Below are positions 23,164-32,500 of a DNA stretch of 64,000 nt, in pieces. The translations under genes and the position numbers were made by a program. This stretch comes from Balanoglossus misakiensis (Eukaryota; Animalia; Hemichordata): the NCBI GenBank assembly GCA_040954595.2, contig CM082581.2, positions 1,480,699 through 1,544,698 on the forward strand. The letters are read 5' to 3'. Position 1 is the stretch's first letter. Each line of letters opens with the position of its first letter. The notes under the pieces were generated by a model, which worked only from the letters and a program-made list of their open reading frames with translations, did no database searches and had not been told where the DNA came from.

Positions 23164-24261
23164 ATGGAGCTAGACAGATACCTAAGTCAAAAGTACAGCG
23201 AACCCCAAAATGTCTCTGCATTTGCTGGCGTAGACGAATTACACAAGGCGGTAAAAGATGAAGGCCTGTATAAAGTCTCCAAGGGGAAGATCAGAAAATG
23301 GCTAACAACCCAGGATAGCTATACTCTCCATAAAACTGCGAGGAAGAAATTTCTGCGGAATAAAACGATTGCCTTCCGAGTTGATGAGATATGGCAGATG
23401 GACCTCACCGATGTATCTTCTCTGTCCAGATACAATAGAGGTGTGAAATACCTATTAACATGTATCGATGTGTTATCCAGATATGCATTCGCTGAGCCGG
23501 TAAAAAATAAATTCCCTCAAACTATTATTGATGGCGTTAAGAAGATTTTCCGGCGATCAGGAAGAACACCCGAAAAAATTCATACTGATAAAGGTGGTGA
23601 ATTCACCAGTAGAAAATTTCAGGAATTTCTTAAACAGCGAGGGATTGAGCATTACACAGCCCAGAATGAGAATACCAAGTGTGCTATAGTTGAGCGGTTC
23701 CATCGTACTCTGAAAGGACGAATGTATCGGTATTTCACGTTGAAAGGAGATTATAAATATCTCGATCAACTCAAACATTTTATTGAATCATACAATAATA
23801 CTCGTCACACCACAACACAAGAAAAGCCTGTGGACGTGACCAGTGAAAACCAGTTACTCATTTGGCGAAGACTTCATGGAGGTGACATCAAGCGATCCCT
23901 CTCACAACCATTCAAGTTCAGATTCAAAGTTGGTGATAAGGTTAGGATATCAACAAACAGAGGTGTGTTTGCCAAAGGATACAAAACGAATTTTTCAGAG
24001 GAAATATTCACCGTGGTAAAACGTGTCGCGCGTCGCTATCCTGTGTACAGGCTAGCTGATTACAACAACGAGGTTATCACAGGAACTTTTTACGAGTCGG
24101 AGCTGACAAAAGTGGTCAAAACGGATGATCTGTATCGGATCGAGAAAGTTCTACGTAAACGACGTAGAAGAGGATCGACCGAATATTTAGTTAGATGGCT
24201 GGGCTATCCACGTCAGTTTGACTCCTGGGTTCAGGATATCAACAACATAAAGAGTGTTTAA
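23164..24261 (+). CDS. Retroviral-like (rve) DDE integrase with C-terminal chromodomain
   Basis: WQMDL..LTCIDVLSRYA, IHTDKGGEF, VERFHRTLK; FKVGDKVRIS; YRIEKVL..YLVRWLGYP..DSWV. Confidence 0.95.
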   Translation: MELDRYLSQKYSEPQNVSAFAGVDELHKAVKDEGLYKVSKGKIRKWLTTQDSYTLHKTARKKFLRNKTIAFRVDEIWQMDLTDVSSLSRYNRGVKYLLTCIDVLSRYAFAEPVKNKFPQTIIDGVKKIFRRSGRTPEKIHTDKGGEFTSRKFQEFLKQRGIEHYTAQNENTKCAIVERFHRTLKGRMYRYFTLKGDYKYLDQLKHFIESYNNTRHTTTQEKPVDVTSENQLLIWRRLHGGDIKRSLSQPFKFRFKVGDKVRISTNRGVFAKGYKTNFSEEIFTVVKRVARRYPVYRLADYNNEVITGTFYESELTKVVKTDDLYRIEKVLRKRRRRGSTEYLVRWLGYPRQFDSWVQDINNIKSV

Positions 24262-24272
24262 AACATACAGTT

Positions 24273-25052
24273 ATGGAATTCTACATCTTGCTACCGTGTG
24301 ATTCAAGTCATCATGTCTACCCTGGTAATACAACGACACATTATGTTACGAAACTCGCGCACAGGATGGAGTTAAGCGGAGAGTGGGAGGTGGCGCTTGT
24401 TCAAATAATATACCCTAGGTCCTGGAACAATGTTTCAAATCGAGGGAATATGATTAAATGCACAAGTGTGAAGATCGAAGATAATGAACATGTGAATGAG
24501 AGTAACAATACCAGGAAGGATGAAAACATACGTATCCCTGCAGGGTATTATAGAGATGCAGAAGACCTGATAGCATGCTTTATCAATAGGATACCCGAAA
24601 CATTGGTAAATCATGTAAAAATAAAATACAACAGTCGCACAGGACGTGTGGGGTATGAGATTGATGAAGGATATTGCATCGAGCTTAACACGGAGGTAGC
24701 CGAGATGCTTGGTATGAGTCCTGGGATGAAAGTGGGTAAAGGGACTGCAGAGAGACAGGCGGATGTAGACTCAGCACTCCACGTACTCTATGTTTACACC
24801 GATCTGATACAATATCAGTTGGTCGGGAACATCTCCGCACCTTTGCTATGCAATGTTCCTGTTGAAGGAATACATAGACAGGCTGTGACATACACAGTCA
24901 ATAATCCCCACTATTTACCCCTCAGTCGCAATCATTTTGAGACGGTGGAGATCGACATAAGAGACGGTCAAGGTAGACCCGTGCCATTTGAATCTGGGAG
25001 AGTGACCGTAAAACTTCACTTCAGACAGAGACGTCCACCCTATTTGCTATAG
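24273..25052 (+). CDS. Minor capsid (penton, PX) protein
   Basis: FYILLPCDSS..YPGNT..L.GEWEVAL..YP.SW.N; YVYTDLI..VG...APLL; Y.PL..F..VEIDIRD..G..VPF..G...V.LHFR typical of Polinton pentons. Confidence 0.85.
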   Translation: MEFYILLPCDSSHHVYPGNTTTHYVTKLAHRMELSGEWEVALVQIIYPRSWNNVSNRGNMIKCTSVKIEDNEHVNESNNTRKDENIRIPAGYYRDAEDLIACFINRIPETLVNHVKIKYNSRTGRVGYEIDEGYCIELNTEVAEMLGMSPGMKVGKGTAERQADVDSALHVLYVYTDLIQYQLVGNISAPLLCNVPVEGIHRQAVTYTVNNPHYLPLSRNHFETVEIDIRDGQGRPVPFESGRVTVKLHFRQRRPPYLL

Positions 25053-25080
25053 ACTTACAAATCTGCATCATTCTTGAACC

Positions 25081-25479
25081 ATGATCCCCGACTCCTACCA
25101 CAGCTATTATCTTAACCAGGCCAGAGGGAATAATTTCCCTGTATATCGCGGTACCACATATCAACGTGGATCGGGTCTCGGTGGAGTGTTGGGCGGTCTG
25201 TCGCGCTTTGTCTTACCGATGCTGAAGCAGGGTGTCCGAGAAATTGGGAAGACTGCTCTCCATACAGGGGTGAATGTGATTGGTGACATTGCCTCGGGAC
25301 AGAACTGGAAAACGTCATTGAAATCACGTTCTCGCGAGAGTGCTAAAACACTGGGTAAACGGGCTGTCGGTAGTTTACGCACGCACATAAGCGGTGGTAA
25401 ACGGACAAAGCGGACTAGTTCGTCATCCGCATCCAGCAGGAAGAGTTCTAGCAGAGTTCCTCGTGATATTTTCACCTAA
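25081..25479 (+). CDS. PW-like basic/amphipathic virion core protein
   Basis: YYLNQA.G..YRG...QRGSGLGG.LGGL.RF.LP amphipathic segment, basic tail ending DIF; lies between penton and MCP. Confidence 0.7.
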   Translation: MIPDSYHSYYLNQARGNNFPVYRGTTYQRGSGLGGVLGGLSRFVLPMLKQGVREIGKTALHTGVNVIGDIASGQNWKTSLKSRSRESAKTLGKRAVGSLRTHISGGKRTKRTSSSSASSRKSSSRVPRDIFT

Positions 25480-25501
25480 GAAATAGTATTGTAGAAGAAA
25501 G

Positions 25502-26845
25502 ATGGCCAGCAGTAGCTTTGTGGATCGATCGTCATGTGAATGCACCAAGAGCGAACTAGATTTATTCTCTGTTCCACCGACACAGACGAGCTTGCTGGAG
25601 AGTCGAATGGTTCAATTTAACCCGATTTCCACACTCGCTGAAGGATCACCGATCGAATTTGTTGTGACTGGTTCAGCGGCTGAATACATCGATCTGCCTA
25701 TGACAAGACTTTTCATTAAGGCTAAAGTTACAGCCGCCGACGGAACTGAATTGCCTGCTGCTGCAGAAGTGGGACCAACGAACCTCCTGCTTCATAGTCT
25801 ATTCTCTAAGTTGGAAGTCTCCCTCGGTGGGCGAGTTGTCTCCTCGTCTAATAACACCTACGCCTATCGGGCATACATTGAAACCCTTCTGAATTATTCC
25901 AGCGAGGCAAAATCGACACATCTTACCTCAGCGTTGTTTTACAAAGACACGGCGGGTGCGTTTGACACTGCGAATCCACTTTCCGAAGATGAGGTTAATG
26001 ATGGACTGAAGACACGACACGCGTTCACCAGTAGGAGTAAGATAGTCGACTTAGTTGGACCTATTCACAGCGATATATTTTTCCAGAAACGGCTCCTGTT
26101 GAATGGTGTTGACTTGAAATTGAAACTTTATAGAGGAAAAAATGAATTTTGCTTGATGTCAAGCCAACCCGAGACAGGGTACAAAGTTCAAATCTTGGAT
26201 GCCAGTCTACATATCCGACGGGTAAAGGTTGCCCCATTCATCTTGGAGAGTCATGCCAGGGCCCTGGAGATATCCCCAACAAAATATCCTATCACCAGGG
26301 TTGAATGTAAATCGTATGCTGTAACCCCAGGACATTTGACCTTCACGAAGGAAAATATATTTCTAGGATCACTACCGAGACGCCTTATTATAGGATTTGT
26401 TGATTCTGATGCATACAACGGTTCATATCGGAAAAATCCGTTCAATTTTAAGACACATGGTATAAATTATTTAGCGGTATTTAAAAACAGCCAGTTGGTC
26501 ACCGGGAAACCATTGACCCCTAAATTTTCCCCACAGGGTGGGGCAAATTATATCAGAGCTTATGAGACATTATTTTCAGGGACAGACATTTTCACGGATG
26601 ATAGAGGTCATTGCATAGACAGAGATGATTTTATAGGAGGGAGTTGCTTGTTTGCATTCAACCTGACGCCAGATTTATCAGGCGGTGGTGATCATTTCAA
26701 CATAGTTGACAATGGGACATTGAGTGTCGAAGTACACTTTGATAACGCATTACAGGAAACAATTAGCTTAATAGTGTACGCCGAGTTTGAAAACATAATA
26801 CAAATTGATAAACCGAGAAACGTCATTACTGACTATTCGAGATGA
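25502..26845 (+). CDS. Major capsid protein (double jelly-roll, PY/hexon-like)
   Basis: CECTKSELDLFSVPPTQTS, NLLLHSLF, YAYRAYIETLLNY, LPRRLIIGFV..AYNG...NPFNF, LFAFNLTPD; 447 aa. Confidence 0.92.
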   Translation: MASSSFVDRSSCECTKSELDLFSVPPTQTSLLESRMVQFNPISTLAEGSPIEFVVTGSAAEYIDLPMTRLFIKAKVTAADGTELPAAAEVGPTNLLLHSLFSKLEVSLGGRVVSSSNNTYAYRAYIETLLNYSSEAKSTHLTSALFYKDTAGAFDTANPLSEDEVNDGLKTRHAFTSRSKIVDLVGPIHSDIFFQKRLLLNGVDLKLKLYRGKNEFCLMSSQPETGYKVQILDASLHIRRVKVAPFILESHARALEISPTKYPITRVECKSYAVTPGHLTFTKENIFLGSLPRRLIIGFVDSDAYNGSYRKNPFNFKTHGINYLAVFKNSQLVTGKPLTPKFSPQGGANYIRAYETLFSGTDIFTDDRGHCIDRDDFIGGSCLFAFNLTPDLSGGGDHFNIVDNGTLSVEVHFDNALQETISLIVYAEFENIIQIDKPRNVITDYSR

Positions 26846-27366
26846 ATTCGCTACAAATTACACGTATACTAAGAGCTGATAAATTTTCCGGTTCATATTT
26901 CGAAGGTGTTTTTGCAAGAGACGAGTTGCCTCGTATCGTCTCGAGATTCCCCGCAGCTTTTGTCGTCAACACTGATCCATCAACACTACCGGGTGAACAT
27001 TGGCTCGCGATATATTTTGATCATGATGGGGAAGGGGAATTTTTTGATTCGTATGGGAGAGATCCTTCCAGTTACGGTCGGAAATTTACTGATTTTTTGA
27101 AGAAAAATTCAACAACCGCCTACCACTTCAATGAGATGACGTTACAAGGCCCGTTGTCAACTGTGTGTGGTCACTTTGTTATTTTTTACATACTTCATAA
27201 ATGTAGAGGCGTAAGCCTTCGACAGATTCAAGACATGTTTACTCCAAATACTGATTGGAACGATCACATGGTTAACAATTTTATTAGGACACGTTTTGGT
27301 TTGGATGAGCCCTTGATTGATCCAACTTTTTTAGTACAGATGGCGAAATCTTTCATGGGGCGCTAG
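26842..27366 (+). CDS. Adenain-like cysteine maturation protease
   Basis: VNTD...PGEHWLA, EFFDSYG, LQ...S.VCGHF (His/Asp/Gln/Cys catalytic set); ATGA overlap with the MCP stop. Confidence 0.93.
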   Translation: MNSLQITRILRADKFSGSYFEGVFARDELPRIVSRFPAAFVVNTDPSTLPGEHWLAIYFDHDGEGEFFDSYGRDPSSYGRKFTDFLKKNSTTAYHFNEMTLQGPLSTVCGHFVIFYILHKCRGVSLRQIQDMFTPNTDWNDHMVNNFIRTRFGLDEPLIDPTFLVQMAKSFMGR

Positions 27367-27480
27367 TGAATGATTTTACTTCGATATACTGTGGTATAAG
27401 ATAGTAGGTAGATAGATAGATAGACATACAGACATGGCAGTATTACTTTCAAATGTATTGATATTTAATGTTAATTCAAG

Positions 27481-27592
27481 AATAAAAAAAAAAATATTAC
27501 ATGTCAGTTAATTGTAAAGTATTGTAATAAAGAAATTGAAATATTACAGAAAAATATGTCAAAAGTTTTTTTTTTTTTTTTTTTTTTTTTTT
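27481..27592. terminator. AT-rich convergent termination/polyadenylation region
   Basis: AATAAA at 27481 and 27525 plus a long T run between the two convergent gene modules. Confidence 0.45.
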
Positions 27593-27631
27593 GTGTGTGT
27601 CTCTCAAAATATTTGTCAATCAAGCAGTGAC

Positions 27632-28456
27632 TTAGTACTTGTCCCATCTGATACGTTTCACTGTCCCTTTTCTTTTTCTCAAAGGAGTAGATAGAATTCT
27701 TTTCTTTTTCCGTGACGAAGTGCCCCGTTCATCATCTTCGGTTTTAAAACCCGAGGGACTGTTTGGTAGCAGCGGCAATAATCTGGAGGGTGTCGATAGA
27801 TCGGATTTTTCCTTATGCCCCCTTATATAGGACAACCAGTCGCGATTTGTTACAAGAACCTCGGGAATGTTTATGTCTGCGAGGGCTCGTGTAAATTGTT
27901 GCCATCCGACGGGGTTGCGTCTATCGCCACTTTTACCAACACGTAAAGCGTTGTACATCAAGTCAACGAGATTACTATTCCGGATCACTTCTCCTCTGTA
28001 CAAGAGTTCTCCATTATCTGACCAACCGATTACGCCGGGGTGGGATTTCATTCTGTCTAACAATTGTTCAGCACGACGCTTCATTGTCTTAGGAACAATA
28101 CTAATTACACTTTCGGCCACGCTCTGATAGGAATCTATTGTGTCATCTTTATCGATCCCCTCTGCGTCAGATTCCATTTCGGGGGTCGACTCTGCGTCGT
28201 TGGTCACCTGGACACGGACGGGTTTCTCTCGATCCCTCCGTTGTTGACCACTGAGTGCTAGATAACGCTGAAGACTCTGTGTGTAGAGATTAATCTTCTG
28301 ATCCTCAGGTAAGTCTGAGCGCTGAAGAATATCCTTCATCTCGGAATCGACTGCAGAAATTGTTTGTGATAGCGGGGACACTCTACCAGGCTGTTTTCCT
28401 TGGAGGGCTTCCAACATTTCCGGTGAGACCAGAGCCATCTTCTTAGCATGCAGCAT
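27632..28456 (-). CDS. PZ-like conserved Maverick protein
   Basis: AKKMALV, D.EM..IL...DLP.DQK..LY.Q.LQRY, W...GEL...G..I..SNLVDL, P.GW..F..AL...NIP; basic C-terminus; syntenic position after ATPase and PM. Confidence 0.7.
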   Translation of the reverse strand: MLHAKKMALVSPEMLEALQGKQPGRVSPLSQTISAVDSEMKDILQRSDLPEDQKINLYTQSLQRYLALSGQQRRDREKPVRVQVTNDAESTPEMESDAEGIDKDDTIDSYQSVAESVISIVPKTMKRRAEQLLDRMKSHPGVIGWSDNGELLYRGEVIRNSNLVDLMYNALRVGKSGDRRNPVGWQQFTRALADINIPEVLVTNRDWLSYIRGHKEKSDLSTPSRLLPLLPNSPSGFKTEDDERGTSSRKKKRILSTPLRKRKGTVKRIRWDKY

Positions 28457-28457
28457 T

Positions 28458-28781
28458 TCACTTGATAAGACTTGAGAGTACACCTAAAATCGGTCCCAAA
28501 AGTGTGGCGAGAAAGCCACCACGTTGAATCAGAGTTCGTCTCTTTCTCTCCAGAGGTGTCTTCTTATCGGCTAACAACCGAATGGCTGTTTTATGACGGG
28601 AAAGTTTCTTTTTATGGCTCGGTGAAATCCTCATGTTACCGTTTAACACATTCTTACAACATTCGCAAATACAATGCAGCAATTCCTTACTGGCACCGCT
28701 TATGACACCTCTGCGTTGTTTATCGTTGCATGTGGCTAGTACACGTAAAAAGTCGGCGTGTCTTCTCATACGGCTGGACAT
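28458..28781 (-). CDS. PM-like / adenovirus pX-like small basic protein
   Basis: Basic 107 aa with CICEC..NVL.GN and C-terminal IQRGG-FLATLLGPILGVL hydrophobic tail. Confidence 0.7.
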   Translation of the reverse strand: MSSRMRRHADFLRVLATCNDKQRRGVISGASKELLHCICECCKNVLNGNMRISPSHKKKLSRHKTAIRLLADKKTPLERKRRTLIQRGGFLATLLGPILGVLSSLIK

Positions 28782-28818
28782 GGCTGAAATGACAGTCGTG
28801 TTCTTGAAACCAGTTCTT

Positions 28819-29457
28819 TTACCTCCTTACATACACATAGGTTGTCTCCCCCGGAAATATTGATGTTCTGAGACGGTGGTCGTCCTTGGTCATTGGTTTT
28901 AAATCAAATAGGATATATCCATAGGGTTCAGAGGTCGCATTTTCATAGGCCTCACGCACAAAATTAATATGACCGGGGTAAACCTGTTTTGCCAGATGCG
29001 TTATTTGCGCCCCATCTCGAGGGTTTTTAAACACCACAATGTAGTGAGAGTTCAAACTGATAGTCCGCATTTCACGACCGCTCTGGAATAAATTCTGCAC
29101 AAGAAATAATATCGAAGTGTTCAGGTGATGAGTTCCACGCGTGAACATGTTTGTAATTTCAGCATTATTCTGACATTCCGATAGCAGATCATCCAGAATA
29201 ATTAGATTCGGAATTGCGGGATTCACCAAGTCTTTAAAATTGCTGGGAAGTCCTTCAACAAACTCAATAGCGGGTACCAAGGATTTTATCTCGCTGAACA
29301 CCTGTTGAAAAGCACCGTAGCACCAGATGATTTTCTTCGGCGGTGATGAAAACATCTCATTTAAAGAGCAGAGCAACCTCTTCACAAAGTATGTTTTCCC
29401 ATTTTGTGACGGGCCTGCCACAATACCGTTAAATGGGTGTTCAAACTTGATAATCAT
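28819..29457 (-). CDS. A32/FtsK-like DNA packaging ATPase
   Basis: HPF..IVAGPSQNGKT Walker A, LIILDD Walker B, FTRGTHH, QNLF, RTISLN.HY.V.FKNPRD. Confidence 0.95.
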   Translation of the reverse strand: MIIKFEHPFNGIVAGPSQNGKTYFVKRLLCSLNEMFSSPPKKIIWCYGAFQQVFSEIKSLVPAIEFVEGLPSNFKDLVNPAIPNLIILDDLLSECQNNAEITNMFTRGTHHLNTSILFLVQNLFQSGREMRTISLNSHYIVVFKNPRDGAQITHLAKQVYPGHINFVREAYENATSEPYGYILFDLKPMTKDDHRLRTSIFPGETTYVYVRR

Positions 29458-29521
29458 CCTGGTTGGCGTAAGCACAGTGTTCAAATGATCTCGACATGTC
29501 CTGACGATAGCATTTTAGATG

Positions 29522-32500
29522 CTAGAATCCGATATAATCGCAATAATCAGACTCCATTAATAGAGACTCGAACACGTCCATTTCCTCCTGGCTGATACCC
29601 GAGTATCCATACGGGAGCGTGGTATAATCCTCGCACAACACTCGTTTGTCGTAGACAAGACGGAATACTTTCTCCTCCCTCTGGCTGGTGATCTCCTTCC
29701 GCTTCTTATCCCTCCTGATCTTGTGTGGTTCGGTGGTGATAAGTCGACTTGCGCCGGTTCCTGTGACGAGAGCCTTCATGGATTCAAAGTTTACTATACT
29801 TTTGTTCCTGAAGCTCAACTTCACGCCCTTAACTTTGCACTCTGTATCCACCACTCCATCACTATTCGGTGCTAACTGATATGCATAGCTCTTGGGTCCG
29901 GCGCTGACAAACGTGGTAATATAATTCCCAGATAGTTCGTCGGTGAAATCGCCTAAATAAGAACCGAGCTCAGGATCGTACTGACCAGGTCTACTGACAT
30001 ATATACATGAGTCTGTGTCAAAGTAGAGGATCTGGTCATCCCTGAACTTCTCCAGAGTCTCGTATAACTTGAGACGGGCTTGAGAGGTGGTGTAACAGGC
30101 GATCACAACACTTGATCGCGGGTTCGAGCGTGCAAACTCAGACGCATCTGTGTATGTTATGTTCAAAAGTTCATCGCTGACTACGTAGAGGTCGTTGACT
30201 TCCTTTGTTTCGTCGTTTAAGATGTCGTAGTAGCTCTGCAGGTCAGATACGTAGATCGATTGTGGTAGATTATCCCTCTGTCCGAATTTCCCCCAGAAAG
30301 AGTTCAGCAGCAACTTAGCGAGAGAACGCATCGCGGGGTTTGTCGAGATATTCGCTCTATCGAGCAAGATACCCTCACGCTCGTAGTAGTCGGAGATGTA
30401 TTTCGTCTTCTCCTCTTCCGTCTTACACCAGTCTGGATAACCACTCGCCTCCTGTTTCATCTTCAGAAAGGTGTTAATATATTCAGTGAAGAGACCCCCA
30501 TCGACATTCTCCTTACTGTACTCTGTCGTATTTGCATAATGCCACACTTCATGGAGTGAAATAATGCGGTATCCAAGCGAAACAGCCTTCTTTAACTCCA
30601 GAGAAGTCCAGACTCCGGTAAGCGCACGCTCTTCATCTGAGTGTAAGCAAACGTGTGTCGAAGCACACTTCTCAGCACAAACCCGACATAGAGTGAAAAC
30701 CAATTTATCGTTACACTTTAACGGCAGTAGTGGTAGAAACAATTCACGTGGTGGTAACACTTTACATTTGATTAAACCCTCGAAAGCTGTTATATCGTTA
30801 TCGGGCGGGAAACCTTCTGTAATTACTTCGGGGTGACCGACAACGTATTTACCCCATTTGCAAGACCAAGGGTATAAGCTACAGATATCAACATATTTTA
30901 TCTCCTCCCCTGGTTTAACTGTATGATACAATTTAACAGCATTCGTGCGCCCGCCGTAGAATCCGTCGCGAGGTTTTAAGCGATCGTAGATCGGTAGAGA
31001 GCTGATGTATTCTTTCATCTCCCTATCCTCTTTCATTTGTCTCTCGTACTCACACTCCCAAATCTCAACCATGTCGTAACCTGCCGCGAGAATGAACTGT
31101 CTTCGACTCTGTGTCTTATCATACAACTCTTCCATCGTGAGACCGCTAACCGGATTCATAGTTTTTCCCGAATAGCACTTTGGGCAACCGTGATAGAAAC
31201 AACCGTAAAACTCTAACACCCGCTTCTGACTCTCAATGTACCCATCAACCCGCAGACTACCGATTTGAAACTCCCCACTGTTTCTTGCATGCTTTATTTG
31301 TTGACCGAGCTTGTGTGATTGATATTTCAACCATCGTTCGCACTTTACCGAAGATTTAACCGGATTAACATACCCCTGACTAGGAATGAGACCGATGGTA
31401 TCCTCTTTCATGAAATTTCTCTGAAAGAGTTTCATACACGCAGACGATATAGTTATGGCGTTTCTAAACGGACACATGCCAATGTCATCAGTACATGACT
31501 CATCGACACGCTGGGTTTTTGAGGCGTTCATGAATAATTTACGGAACTCTAGACAGGCCAAACGCAAAACATCCACGTCGCTTTTGCAATAGGCTATCAG
31601 TTCTGCCTGAAAGTCGAACTGTTTACCTGCATCAACCATACCGTTGTACCATCGGATAAATTTCTCCCTATCCCCGGGTTTTTTACCGTCGATATCGTAA
31701 CTCTCAAGAGGGGGCATGGGGCCAACGTAATTCTGATTCTCGGGGGTGTTAAAGTGAAACGGAAATTCACCCTTCTTGACGTCTTGTAGGTTGAAAGCCG
31801 AGGGTAATTTCTGTAGAGGCATAGGCATGAAGTTTAGACTGTCGATGAGTTTTATTCCGACGTGTGGGACGGTGATACACATAAATTTACCGCCATTAAC
31901 TATAACCTCAGGTAGTACACCGTTTTTCTCCAGATACGATAAAACAAAGTAAGAATCATACGCCTGAGAGTTATGAGCCAAGACGATAGCCCCCGAATTT
32001 TCAGGTGTGAAAAGCCACGCGCAAAACTGTTCGGCAGATGTATCGCCTCTGAATATATACTGATTCTTCCCACATTCGCTGCAATGACTTTCATTATCGA
32101 GCTGTCGTCGTCCCATACAACTACGACACACGCGCTGTGCTACGCAGAGGTTCGGGATGTGTGTCCCTGTGTCCGGGTGGAACCTACTTTCGAAGTCGTA
32201 GAAAATAGTTAAATCATGTGGCCGCTTGCGTCCTACACTAGCAGTATCCCCGTCAACACCTACTTCTTTTGTTTTGGTACCTGACGCTTTCTTCGCGCTC
32301 GCTCGACGTTCCCTATCCTCAGCTGATTCTGCTGCGTTCATATAACACTTATGTCCCTGGGGCATGAAACGGTTGCACGTACGACAAATGGATTCACCGC
32401 AGATATGACCCTTACCCTTACGTCTAGAATCTTCACGATGGACCCACTGTCCACATTTACGACACCTATAATATTTAACACACGTTGTCTTCTTACTCTT

